DNA from: a virus
Lineage: Duplodnaviria > Caudoviricetes
Length of the DNA stretch: 43,010 nt
Virus record (IMG/VR): IMGVR_UViG_3300028585_000523
Coordinates: 1-43,010 of that record
Strand: one strand, 5' to 3'
Under the pieces are notes generated by a model. It did no database searches. It was not told the origin of the DNA and was given only the letters and a program-made list of their open reading frames with translations. How positions within the stretch are numbered: the stretch's first letter is position 1; each line of letters opens with the position of its first letter. The translations under genes and the position numbers were made by a program. Positions 1 through 8,465 of this stretch are shown here, piece by piece.

Positions 1-762
1 ATGTCGTTCGCCTTCACCGCGCCCACCACCCATCAAGCTCGCCAGCTACTGAAGAAAGCCACCGCCGGCCTCCTCGGCAAGGATCGCGGCCAGGACCGTT
101 CGGTTCGACGCAACAGCTATGACGTCGACGACCGTCGTGCGCAGGTCTTCACGCCGATCGGCGACGGCACGAAGCGCGGGGCGTTCGACTGGATCGACGT
201 CTATCTCGACACCGCCCGTGAATATGACGATTTCCACCGCGGCGATCGGGGTAAACGACCGCTCGGCTATACCGGCATCCGCGTCCTTGAAATCCTCCTC
301 GGCCGCCGTGGGGTGCCCATCGACTTCAAGACCGGCAGGCTGGATCCCGCGCTGGACACGATCGCGCGGATCGCCGGCCTCGTGCGGGCCACCGTCATCC
401 GCGCGCTAGCTCGGCTCAGGGAGCATGGCTTCATCAACTGGGTGCGGCGATCACGGCCGACCGAGAATGCCGGCACGTTCGGTCCGCAACGCGAGCAGAT
501 CACCAACGCCTATTATTTCAACCTCGCCGGCCTGCCGGGCAAAGTCCGCCAGCGGTTCCGCGATCTGCTTGCGCGCCGTGCGCTGAAGCGCATCAATCGC
601 GCCCAGAGCCGGACCACCACCCCGGCCCCGCCGCAGCTGCCCGCGCCGCCCTCTATCACTGTCGCCGACCCTGCCATGGCGGCCCTTCTGGCCCGCGTCG
701 GCGTTCTGGTGGACAACGCGAGTCCAGATGATGGTCAGTATCCCGCTCAAGAAAATATCTAA
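1..762 (+). CDS. repA: Plasmid-type helix-turn-helix replication initiator (RepA-like)
   Basis: DFKTGRLDPALDTIA...RATVIRALARLREHGFINWVRR...REQITNAY motifs resemble alphaproteobacterial HTH replication protein A. Confidence 0.7.
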   Translation: MSFAFTAPTTHQARQLLKKATAGLLGKDRGQDRSVRRNSYDVDDRRAQVFTPIGDGTKRGAFDWIDVYLDTAREYDDFHRGDRGKRPLGYTGIRVLEILLGRRGVPIDFKTGRLDPALDTIARIAGLVRATVIRALARLREHGFINWVRRSRPTENAGTFGPQREQITNAYYFNLAGLPGKVRQRFRDLLARRALKRINRAQSRTTTPAPPQLPAPPSITVADPAMAALLARVGVLVDNASPDDGQYPAQENI

Positions 763-1216
763 AAGGAATTGACCACCCTTCGGGCGGTCCATGCTCTGAT
801 CTGATGCTCCCCCGGACGCGACGAAGCGCCCCAGACGACCGGATCGCCCAGAGAGGCGGTCAGGACACGGCGGCGTGCGCCGCCGGGGCTATGCGAGGGG
901 GAGGAGCACGAAGCGTGCCACCTGGCGATCGCCGAGACTATAGCCAAAAATCTACGCTTGCGCCGTGGGCTTTCCGATCGACCCTTACATGCCAATCTCC
1001 GCTTCAACGTAAAACGGAATGGAGGATTTGACTAAACCGAACGCGGTAAGCTGCACCTCATTCAGCGTAGCATACCTTGCGGGCTACTAGGCTAAGCGGC
1101 GGCCAAGAAAGGCACGAAGAACGAATTTTAAATTTGATTGTTTATTTTGGATACTAAGACTTGCAACACATCCGTGTTAAAGGCAAAGTCATGGTCGTCG
1201 TAAGGAGGATCGTAGC

Positions 1217-2320
1217 ATGCCTGTTCAACGCACGGTATTGATCGATTTTGACACCGAGGATTTGTGCAGGTTTCTTCGGGACGATTCGCACGCTTCACAG
1301 GTAATTCCGGAACTTCCGAGCGAATTCGACTCCGCAGATTTTGAGAGGCAGAAAGGGGCGGTCCGCATAATTTCGGGATTTGAGTGCCACAGGCCAGTGG
1401 GCCTATTGCGTCAAGTTATTTGCCGATCACCGACTAATCGTCCGATCAGGGTCGTTCCGATTACTGATTACGAGATCCATAAAATCATGGTCGAATTGGA
1501 AGCATCGCTTTTCATCCGTCAATCGGCGATGGCCTTCGCCCCGCAAATCTTAGATACATTCAGCAACACACCGTTAGACGCGTCCTTTGATCTTGGTGTT
1601 ATTGAGGATCTGCTTGCAGGTCAAGGAATTCCTAGCTCAGCCTATTATGTCGCGCTCTCGACTAGATTAGTGAAGGTCGGTCAGCCTGCAATCTCCACTG
1701 AGCAACTGGATCGATATATTCGTTCTCTTCAAGATTTGGACGGGATGATCGGGCAGGAGCCTTTCCGAGTCGAAATCAGGGAACCGACGAAGATCTGCGT
1801 TTCCCCATCCTCGCTGCCAAAAAGCCCCGTTGTCTTCGAATATCCCGAAGGTGGAAATCCGCCCTCAGATCTAGAAATTATTGCCACAACCGAACCAGGC
1901 CAATGTGACAATCCTCGTCTGTTCAAAACGCATGCGGGGCGGAATCAAGACAAGCATTTTCAACACAGTTTTATTACTGTAATGAAAGAAATTAGAATCG
2001 GCCGCTGCACCTTAGTGAAGACCAAGGTTTGGGTTTTCGCTCAGCGAACAGCGTGGGAAGATATCATGCTGTGGGCAAAAACCGAAGGCGGTGTAAGCAA
2101 CGCGCTCCAGCCCGCAATCGAGAAGGCGCTTCTTTCAGCCGCCGGTCAATTAAATACCGTGCAAAATATCAAAAGTAACATTGGCTGGGATGCAACTGCC
2201 GCTGATTTCAAACGTGTTGCAACCGATAGGCTACTTCAGCTTTTCCCAGACTATCCGCCATGTCTGGACGCCGGATTCTCGCTGGAGTGGCAATGCACGG
2301 ATTGGGAAGAAGTGTTCTAA
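1217..2320 (+). CDS. Hypothetical protein, AT-rich accessory gene
   Basis: 367-aa ORF, strong RBS (TAAGGAGG), AT-rich upstream region, lower GC than the backbone. Confidence 0.75.
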   Translation: MPVQRTVLIDFDTEDLCRFLRDDSHASQVIPELPSEFDSADFERQKGAVRIISGFECHRPVGLLRQVICRSPTNRPIRVVPITDYEIHKIMVELEASLFIRQSAMAFAPQILDTFSNTPLDASFDLGVIEDLLAGQGIPSSAYYVALSTRLVKVGQPAISTEQLDRYIRSLQDLDGMIGQEPFRVEIREPTKICVSPSSLPKSPVVFEYPEGGNPPSDLEIIATTEPGQCDNPRLFKTHAGRNQDKHFQHSFITVMKEIRIGRCTLVKTKVWVFAQRTAWEDIMLWAKTEGGVSNALQPAIEKALLSAAGQLNTVQNIKSNIGWDATAADFKRVATDRLLQLFPDYPPCLDAGFSLEWQCTDWEEVF

Positions 2321-2553
2321 TAAGACGACGCTGACGGCCGGCGGCGACGCAACGAAATCGAAGTTTTGCAAATTTAGACCGACGCTTCGTAGTCAGCAAC
2401 ATCGATCAAGCCAAGAGCCCTGGACTTGGTCGACGCCATAAGCTCCGTTGTCTGACGTAAGTAGGAGTGATATTCCCTAAAGCAGCCTTGCCCCGTGATC
2501 GTACTCCGTCCATTGGCAGGTATTCTGGTCGATAGCGTTACTTTTTATTGAGG

Positions 2554-3744
2554 CTAAAGTAATAACGACGCCCAGCGCTCGAACAGCGACCGGCGCTGCC
2601 CCAGCCGCACCGCCCGGTTATATGCCGCCTCCACCTTGCCCATCGCAACATGGCCGAGCGCCTGATCAATCGCGGAGCGTTCGTCCGGATAACGCTCGTT
2701 CAGGATCGTGGAGAATGTCGCGCGCCAGCCATGCGGCACATGACGCCCGCCAAAGCCGGCGCGCGCGATCAGCCCGCCGATCGCCGCCTCGCCGATCGGC
2801 GCGGCGGGGTTCGTCCCCGGGAAGATCAGCCTGCCCCCCTGCCCCAGCGCGCGGGCCTCGCGTAGCAGCGCGACCGCGGCCGGTGCCAGCGGCACGAGAT
2901 GGTCATTGGCGGGATCGGCCTTCTTCGCCGCCGGCAGTTTCATCCGCGCCGCCGGCACCCGCCAGATCGGTGCCACCCCATCCAGATCCTCAATCTCGTC
3001 CCAGCAGGCCCCCCGCACCGCGGCGAGGCGGACCGCGGTCAGCGCGAGGAACCGGCTCGCCAGCCTGATCGCCGGTGCAGCGTCCACCAGCTCGGTCGCG
3101 GCGATCAGCGCGCGCGCCTCGTCCAGATCGATCAGCGCCGGATGGTGCCCGCGCGGGGCCGGCGGCATCAGCGCGCGGCCGACGATCGCCGCCGGGTCGG
3201 ACTGGACAAGATTCTCCGCCATTGCGAATTCGAAGATCGCGGAGATCCGCTGCCGGACCCGCCGCACCGTCTCGAACCGGCCACGCGCCTCGATGGCGCG
3301 CAGCACGGCCAGCACGGTCGGCGTCGTGATCGCGGCGACGGGCATCGCGCCGATCGCGGGAAAGACATCGCGCTGGAGGCTGGCGAGGACGTCGCCCGCA
3401 TGGACCGGTGTCCAACGGCGGAGCATGTGCGCGTGCCACCGCCGGGCAACCGCCTCGAAATTGTGAACTTGCGCTATTTCGCAAACCGGGGTGCCCCCGG
3501 AGCGGGGATCGATCCCCCGCCGCACCGCTGCGCGCGCCGCCTGGCACCGCGCCCGCGCATCCGCCAGCGACAGATCGTCGGCGCTTCCGAACGTCAGTAG
3601 CTGTTCGCGCCCGCCGAAGCGAAACCGCATTCTGAACGATCGACGACCGTTTGGCGCGACGTAGAGATGCAGGCCGCCTTCGTCGAACAGCTTGTAGCCG
3701 GCCGCACGCGGCCGCGCGGCTTTCACTGCGGAGTGGGTCAGCAT
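2554..3744 (-). CDS. int: P4-like tyrosine integrase with N-terminal arm-DNA-binding domain
   Basis: Start moved to MLTHSAVKAA; arm domain YKLFDEGGLHLYV; catalytic residues TAVR, HGWR, LGH and AYNR are present. Confidence 0.93.
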   Translation of the reverse strand: MLTHSAVKAARPRAAGYKLFDEGGLHLYVAPNGRRSFRMRFRFGGREQLLTFGSADDLSLADARARCQAARAAVRRGIDPRSGGTPVCEIAQVHNFEAVARRWHAHMLRRWTPVHAGDVLASLQRDVFPAIGAMPVAAITTPTVLAVLRAIEARGRFETVRRVRQRISAIFEFAMAENLVQSDPAAIVGRALMPPAPRGHHPALIDLDEARALIAATELVDAAPAIRLASRFLALTAVRLAAVRGACWDEIEDLDGVAPIWRVPAARMKLPAAKKADPANDHLVPLAPAAVALLREARALGQGGRLIFPGTNPAAPIGEAAIGGLIARAGFGGRHVPHGWRATFSTILNERYPDERSAIDQALGHVAMGKVEAAYNRAVRLGQRRSLFERWASLLL

Positions 3745-3772
3745 ATTACGCTCCGGAGATAGGGAGAATGCA

Positions 3773-4255
3773 GTGGCATCGGATCGATCGTTTGGCGCCC
3801 AGCTTGTCAGTTGGGCCGATGCGCTGGTTGAACGGCTGATCGTTTTCGGCAGGAAAACAACACCGGCTCTGGTGATCGGCGCCGCGATTTTCGCGTACTT
3901 CAACCAACCCGTTATCCGATTTATCGACACCTATCCGGCTTACGAAGGCGGGGCGGTCATCGCGATAGGCCTGCTGTTGGTAGTCGCCGCGATGACCGTG
4001 CGACGCAGTTTCATCGGCATAATCGTGGGTATTGCAGGATTTGTGGTGGGGACGATGTGGATTGGCGACGCGCTGGATGTTGCAGTTGCACGATCGGCAC
4101 AAAACGATGTCCGATGTTACCGGATCGAGACGGAGATGCTATCGGATCGCCCCCCCCGAACGGATCTGCCCGATCTTTATCAGGCCTTGGGCTGCCGTCC
4201 AATGACGGCACTTTACACCGTGCCGAAACCGACCTTGTCATCGAAGCAGCCATAG
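3773..4255 (+). CDS. Hypothetical membrane protein
   Basis: RBS AGGGAGA before GTG; about three hydrophobic segments; C-terminal Cys pair. Confidence 0.7.
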   Translation: MASDRSFGAQLVSWADALVERLIVFGRKTTPALVIGAAIFAYFNQPVIRFIDTYPAYEGGAVIAIGLLLVVAAMTVRRSFIGIIVGIAGFVVGTMWIGDALDVAVARSAQNDVRCYRIETEMLSDRPPRTDLPDLYQALGCRPMTALYTVPKPTLSSKQP

Positions 4256-4309
4256 CCTTTTCTTCATCCGGTCACGTGACGATGCGCAGCGGCGTGGTAA
4301 TCAAATCAC

Positions 4310-4405
4310 GGCGGACAACCCCTCCGCCCTGCCCACCGAAAAAGCGCGCTTCTTCAGATGATTGAAGGACGCGGCCGGGGCGCGATACCCCAGCCGATAC
4401 CCCAG
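4310..4405. other. Candidate att site: core GGCGGA-N7-TCCGCC (4310-4328) plus tandem arm-type repeats CGATACCCCAG (4383-4393, 4395-4405)
   Basis: 6-bp inverted repeat with a 7-bp spacer and an exact 11-bp tandem repeat upstream of an arm-binding integrase. Confidence 0.5.
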
Positions 4406-4978
4406 TCATTCCGGCGGTCCATCCCCCGCCGTCGCGCCCATCACCTCATCTATCGTCCAGTTCATGAGCAGTCTTGAGAACAGACCATGCGAGTGCCGCA
4501 GCCATGCTGCATACTCCGTTACCTGCCCCGCGGGTGCGGTCCACCCAATCGGCCATCCCATCGTCCGTTCGTAAAATTGCGGGTTCGGCGTCAGGCTGCT
4601 CAGACAGGAGCCGCTGCCATGCTTCCAGCTCACCCGGACCGGGCGCGAAGATGTCGAGCCGGTCCCCGGCGTCCAGCCGATCGCCTGCATCGTCGACCAG
4701 AGCGTGCTCCACGCCCGCGCCGCCTCGCTCAGCGAGAATTGGCCGCCGCTCGTCACGTCGAACGGCGACGTGAACCGGATCCGCCCCGCCTCGATCATCA
4801 GGTTCGGGACATAGCCGCCGTTCGACGCCGTCGGCGTGGGCCAGGAGGAACAGTCGGCGCCGACGATGGCTAGCGCCCGCTTCTCGCGCCGTGAACAGTC
4901 CTGCCTTTGTGCTGTAGCCCAGCCGGCATAGGCTGGCGTCGACGTCGGGAAAGCCCAGCGACAAATGCCCCTCGACAT
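4406..4978 (-). CDS. Putative second methyltransferase subunit in an overlapping frame
   Basis: Open alternate frame from the ATG inside the ENV codons; contains WPTP and NPQFYERTMGWPIGWT (motif IX-like). Confidence 0.55.
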   Translation of the reverse strand: MSRGICRWAFPTSTPAYAGWATAQRQDCSRREKRALAIVGADCSSWPTPTASNGGYVPNLMIEAGRIRFTSPFDVTSGGQFSLSEAARAWSTLWSTMQAIGWTPGTGSTSSRPVRVSWKHGSGSCLSSLTPNPQFYERTMGWPIGWTAPAGQVTEYAAWLRHSHGLFSRLLMNWTIDEVMGATAGDGPPE

Positions 4979-5405
4979 TCTCGCAGAAGACCCATTCCGG
5001 CGCCGCCTCTTCCACGACGCGGGCGACTTCGGACCAGAGATGGCGGGGATCGTCCTCGCCGCGCCGGGCGCCCGAATAGCTGAAGGGCTGGCATGGATAA
5101 CCGGCAGTGACGAGATGAACGCGGCCACGCCATGCGCGGCCGTCGAAGGTTCGGAGATCGTCCCAGACAGGCGCCTCACCCAGGGCCTGGTCCGCCATCC
5201 GCGCCACGAGCGTGGCCGCTGCGTGACTTTCCCGCTCAACGAAAGCCACAGTCCGGTATCGGGGTTCGGCGATGTGCAGGCCGAGATCGAGGCCGCCATA
5301 GCCGGCGCAGAGGGAGACGCCCCGGAAGTCGTCGGCTTCGGGTTCGAAGTAGGTATGTAGATCCGCAATTGTCCGCTCCGTTGTCGCTGTCGCGATGTCA
5401 GGCAC
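4446..5405 (-). CDS. DNA (cytosine-5)-methyltransferase, main frame
   Basis: Motifs SLCAGYGG (I), GYPCQPFS (IV), ENV (VI), HRRRRLF (VIII), GNGV (X). Confidence 0.92.
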   Translation of the reverse strand: MPDIATATTERTIADLHTYFEPEADDFRGVSLCAGYGGLDLGLHIAEPRYRTVAFVERESHAAATLVARMADQALGEAPVWDDLRTFDGRAWRGRVHLVTAGYPCQPFSYSGARRGEDDPRHLWSEVARVVEEAAPEWVFCENVEGHLSLGFPDVDASLCRLGYSTKAGLFTAREAGASHRRRRLFLLAHADGVERRLCPEPDDRGGADPVHVAVRRDERRPILAERGGAGVEHALVDDAGDRLDAGDRLDIFAPGPGELEAWQRLLSEQPDAEPAILRTDDGMADWVDRTRGAGNGVCSMAAALAWSVLKTAHELDDR

Positions 5406-5537
5406 GTCGGCTACGCGTGCGGATGAACGCCGGTCGGCATGACCGGCGGGCCTGCGCCAGATCGGCGGCAGGATCTGATGGGACGGCGATGCCGTCGAAA
5501 CTGTTGGCTGGATCGCTGCGCGGCTGACCGGCCCGGA

Positions 5538-5621
5538 CCGGGTGGTTAGCCGCGCAGGATTCCGGGGAACTACGCCCCGCCTGTTCCCCCGAAAGGGTCT
5601 TGTATTCAGCGGGCCACCCGG
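5538..5621 (-). ncRNA. C4/CI-like phage antisense RNA (multi-stem, about 84 nt)
   Basis: Closing stem CCGGGTGG/CCACCCGG, two inner stems, and a segment complementary to flanking sites at 5665-5672, 5632-5641 and 5516-5528. Confidence 0.6.
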
Positions 5622-5735
5622 CGAGCCGGAACCCAGGAATCACCGCGCGCGCGGGCCTTCCCTTGCGGCTAAGCACGGAAAGGCAGGCGCGATATGACAC
5701 AGCGCCGGGCGTCGCACCAGATCCGCCCGCCCCGT

Positions 5736-5969
5736 TCAGCCCCGCCGGGCGGCTGTGATCGTCGCCCACCCTTTGCAGCGACATCGTGCGCAACGCAGCA
5801 CGTTCTGGAATTCCCGCACGGTGCGCGGCTTCGGCGCCTTGGTGGCGAGATGGGCGGTCAGCATCACCACGGTCCTGCCGCAGCGCTGCGGGGAAACGCA
5901 TTTGATCTCAACATGGCTCGCGCCGTTCACGAAGCGCGCCAGCGGCAGATCGATGTCGGGGCCTGGCAT
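5736..5969 (-). CDS. Small Cys-rich (zinc-ribbon-like) protein
   Basis: RBS GAGGA; CxxxxxC and CxxC motifs; 77 aa. Confidence 0.65.
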   Translation of the reverse strand: MPGPDIDLPLARFVNGASHVEIKCVSPQRCGRTVVMLTAHLATKAPKPRTVREFQNVLRCARCRCKGWATITAARRG

Positions 5970-5982
5970 GTCGTGTCCTCTT

Positions 5983-5997
5983 GAACGAACCGCGAAC
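5983..5997. promoter_or_regulatory. Alphaproteobacterial LexA (SOS) box
   Basis: Exact GAAC-gaaccgc-GAAC, 13 bp upstream of the 5969 start codon. Confidence 0.7.
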
Positions 5998-6356
5998 ATG
6001 ATCGCCGGCCTCCATGTAGGAAAGGCCATCCCGTTCGGACCAGGCCTCAGTCGTACGCGCGCGCGCGCGATGTTGTGGCGACTTGGGGAAAAAAGCGGCG
6101 GCCGTCGCCTGAACATACCATTACTGGCCATAACGGGAACCAACTGATGACCGAAACCTCCTTCACCATGCCGTCGCCGCTCGGAGACCCCGCCTGGCGT
6201 AGGGCAAAGCCGAAACAACGATTGTCCAGGACGCCGATCCCGTTTGCCGATGGCCACGCCAGCGGGCTGGGCTGCGCCGGCCCCCGCGCCTATTCCCCGA
6301 CCTCGCCGTCGCGACCGGCTTCGGATAGCCTAGACCCGAAGCGCGAGGAGCATGTG

Positions 6357-6506
6357 ATGAACGATTCGCCCGATCCGGCCGACGACGACCTTGCCGCGAT
6401 GACCGACGACGCGTTGATCGCGGTCTGGAACGCCGTCGATGGCGATCCGACCCCGGAACAGGAGCGCGCGCTGGGGGAGATCCAGCGCCGCGATCTCGAT
6501 CTCTGA
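6357..6506 (+). CDS. Small acidic hypothetical protein
   Basis: RBS GAGGAG; stop overlaps the start of the SRAP gene (TGATG). Confidence 0.6.
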   Translation: MNDSPDPADDDLAAMTDDALIAVWNAVDGDPTPEQERALGEIQRRDLDL

Positions 6507-7132
6507 TGTGCAACCGTGCGCGCATGGCGGGCGAGCCGGAGACGATCGTCGAACGCTTCGGAGCAACATGGCTGGCGGACCGGCCCATGGACAACCGATT
6601 CAATCCGCGTGAGCTGACACCGCGGTCGCGCGCCTGGATCGTTCGGCAGGACCACCGCGGCCGCGGCGTTGACGTCATGTCGTGGGACGTGCTCGCCGGC
6701 GGCGCGAAATGGCCGATGACGAATGTGCGCCAGCTCGGCCTGCCGCAATGGCGCCGACTGGCGGAGCCAGTGACGCATCGATGCCTGATCCCCCTGACCG
6801 AGTTCTGCGAATGGACGCCGGAAGCCCACGCGGTCGGCGTGGGCAAGCCGATCAAGGGGGAGATGTGGTTCAGCGTGATCGATCAGCCCGTCTTCGGCGT
6901 GGCCGGCTTCTGGCAACCGACAACGGGGGGAGCCGCCTTCGCCATGGTGACCTGCGAGCCGAACGCGCTGGTCGCCCCGATCCATCCGAAAGCGATAATC
7001 ACTGTCCTGGAGGAGGCGGACTGGGATCAGTGGCTCAACGGATCCTATGACGACATCCTCGCGCTCCAGCGCCCTTACGATGCGACGCGCATGAACGTGC
7101 GCGGCCCCCTCTTTCCAACCCGCGAGGCATGA
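6506..7132 (+). CDS. SOS response-associated peptidase (SRAP/HMCES family)
   Basis: N-terminal MCNR with catalytic Cys2, RCLIP..FCEW, AGFW, PIHPKA. Confidence 0.88.
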   Translation: MCNRARMAGEPETIVERFGATWLADRPMDNRFNPRELTPRSRAWIVRQDHRGRGVDVMSWDVLAGGAKWPMTNVRQLGLPQWRRLAEPVTHRCLIPLTEFCEWTPEAHAVGVGKPIKGEMWFSVIDQPVFGVAGFWQPTTGGAAFAMVTCEPNALVAPIHPKAIITVLEEADWDQWLNGSYDDILALQRPYDATRMNVRGPLFPTREA

Positions 7133-7266
7133 GCCGCTGGAGCTGGTCCGCGCGCTACGACGAGGATCCGGATTCAGTTCCGATCTGGTTCCGTCTCTTG
7201 CGATCGACCGTCTGGCTGACCGTCGTGATCGTCGCGGCCCGCTACATTTGGCGCTACTTCCATTAA
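7129..7266 (+). CDS. 45-aa putative membrane peptide (absent from the ORF track)
   Basis: ATGA overlap with the SRAP stop; MSRWSWSARYDEDPDSVPIWFRLLRSTVWLTVVIVAARYIWRYFH. Confidence 0.5.
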   Translation: MSRWSWSARYDEDPDSVPIWFRLLRSTVWLTVVIVAARYIWRYFH

Positions 7267-7526
7267 CGCGCTTGGCACCTGTTTGCGGGACATCGCGATG
7301 TTGTCTTGCAATCGATACCCTCCGCTGCGTTTGACCCTTCCATTCACGAAGTAGTCGCAAGGCGTAACTCGTCGTGCTGTCATTCTCCACCAGACGTGAA
7401 TCCAGTAGCGTGAGGATCCCGCTGGATATCGTTCGTGAGATCCGGCTATGACGATCTGATACACCGCACATCAAATCTATGCAGTGTCATGCAACTGAAT
7501 TAATTCAAAAACGGGGGGCGCGTGCC

Positions 7527-8309
7527 ATGAAATTTATGATAAGCTTGATTGCCCTTACTATCGGCCTGACCCCGGCCACGGCTCTGGTCGTCACTCCAAC
7601 GGCATTAAGAGCCAGCCAGACATATGGCATCACGTCTGGGCCGGACAGCTTGGCGAACTATACCCGCGATTACGTGTCCGCAGATTTCGGCTCGAAATTC
7701 TCCAGTGTTTTCTCGGACAGCGCGACGGGGCTGAAGCCCTATTATAGTTTCGACTATGGGACGGGTTCATATACGCAAACCGGCACTCCGTCATATGATG
7801 TGGCGATCGCCGGATTGCTGTCTTATGAGTCAGCCAGCAAAATATCATTCACTGCGAATACCATCGCGGCATTAAGCCAGGCAGGCGTGATCGAGGGCGG
7901 CGGACCCGAAAACTGGTTCACCTCCTACGTCGTATTGATTTACGATTTCACGATCGACGCCGCCGCATATGTTCAGACTTCGGAACAGAGAACCTACGGC
8001 TCCAATGGACTGGATTTCTACTCGAGCGGTGCATTTGGCTATAATAGTGAAATTATCGTCGGCAAAGACGGCAACATCAACCTCAGCGATCCCGGAACAT
8101 TGATTCAGGCCGGAACCTACAGCTATCTGAAACTGGTGGAGTCGCACAAAAACTACACGCCTACCGGTTTCGGTTCACTGACAACCAGCTTGATGATCAG
8201 TGCGGTTCCGGAACCGAAAAGCTGGGCGATGATGCTACTGGGTTTTGGCATTTTAGGCGGCGTCGCCCGGCGCGAAAAGCGCAGCATTTCGTCCGCTCGC
8301 TCCGCCTGA
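7527..8309 (+). CDS. PEP-CTERM (PEPxxWA-type) exosortase-sorted surface protein
   Basis: Signal peptide MKFMISLIAL...; C-terminal VPEPKSWAMMLLGFGILGGVARR. Confidence 0.9.
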   Translation: MKFMISLIALTIGLTPATALVVTPTALRASQTYGITSGPDSLANYTRDYVSADFGSKFSSVFSDSATGLKPYYSFDYGTGSYTQTGTPSYDVAIAGLLSYESASKISFTANTIAALSQAGVIEGGGPENWFTSYVVLIYDFTIDAAAYVQTSEQRTYGSNGLDFYSSGAFGYNSEIIVGKDGNINLSDPGTLIQAGTYSYLKLVESHKNYTPTGFGSLTTSLMISAVPEPKSWAMMLLGFGILGGVARREKRSISSARSA

Positions 8310-8330
8310 AATTCTCTTCAGGGTTTCCAA

Positions 8331-8367
8331 GCCTACACCCGCCAATCCGCGCGATGCGGGTGTAGGC
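8331..8367. terminator. Stem-loop between convergent genes
   Basis: GCCTACACCCGC ... GCGGGTGTAGGC, 12-bp inverted repeat. Confidence 0.55.
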
Positions 8368-8465
8368 CGGCTGACGTCACTCGGCCGGCAGATGTCGGAA
8401 CGCGGCTCCTCTTTTTCTCATCGCGCCGCGTCGGACTGCGACACGGTTGGAAGAGATCATCCAGG

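Noticed and set aside
3745-3930. N-terminal extension of the integrase in the ORF track
   Set aside because: It overlaps the divergent membrane gene; the family-typical start is MLT at 3744
4310-4340. Possible tRNA gene
   Set aside because: Only a short 3'-end-like motif; no T-loop or cloverleaf
5398-5735. 167-aa ORF 5398..5901 across the methyltransferase leader
   Set aside because: Low-complexity translation; the region is better explained as structured RNA, although a short leader peptide cannot be excluded
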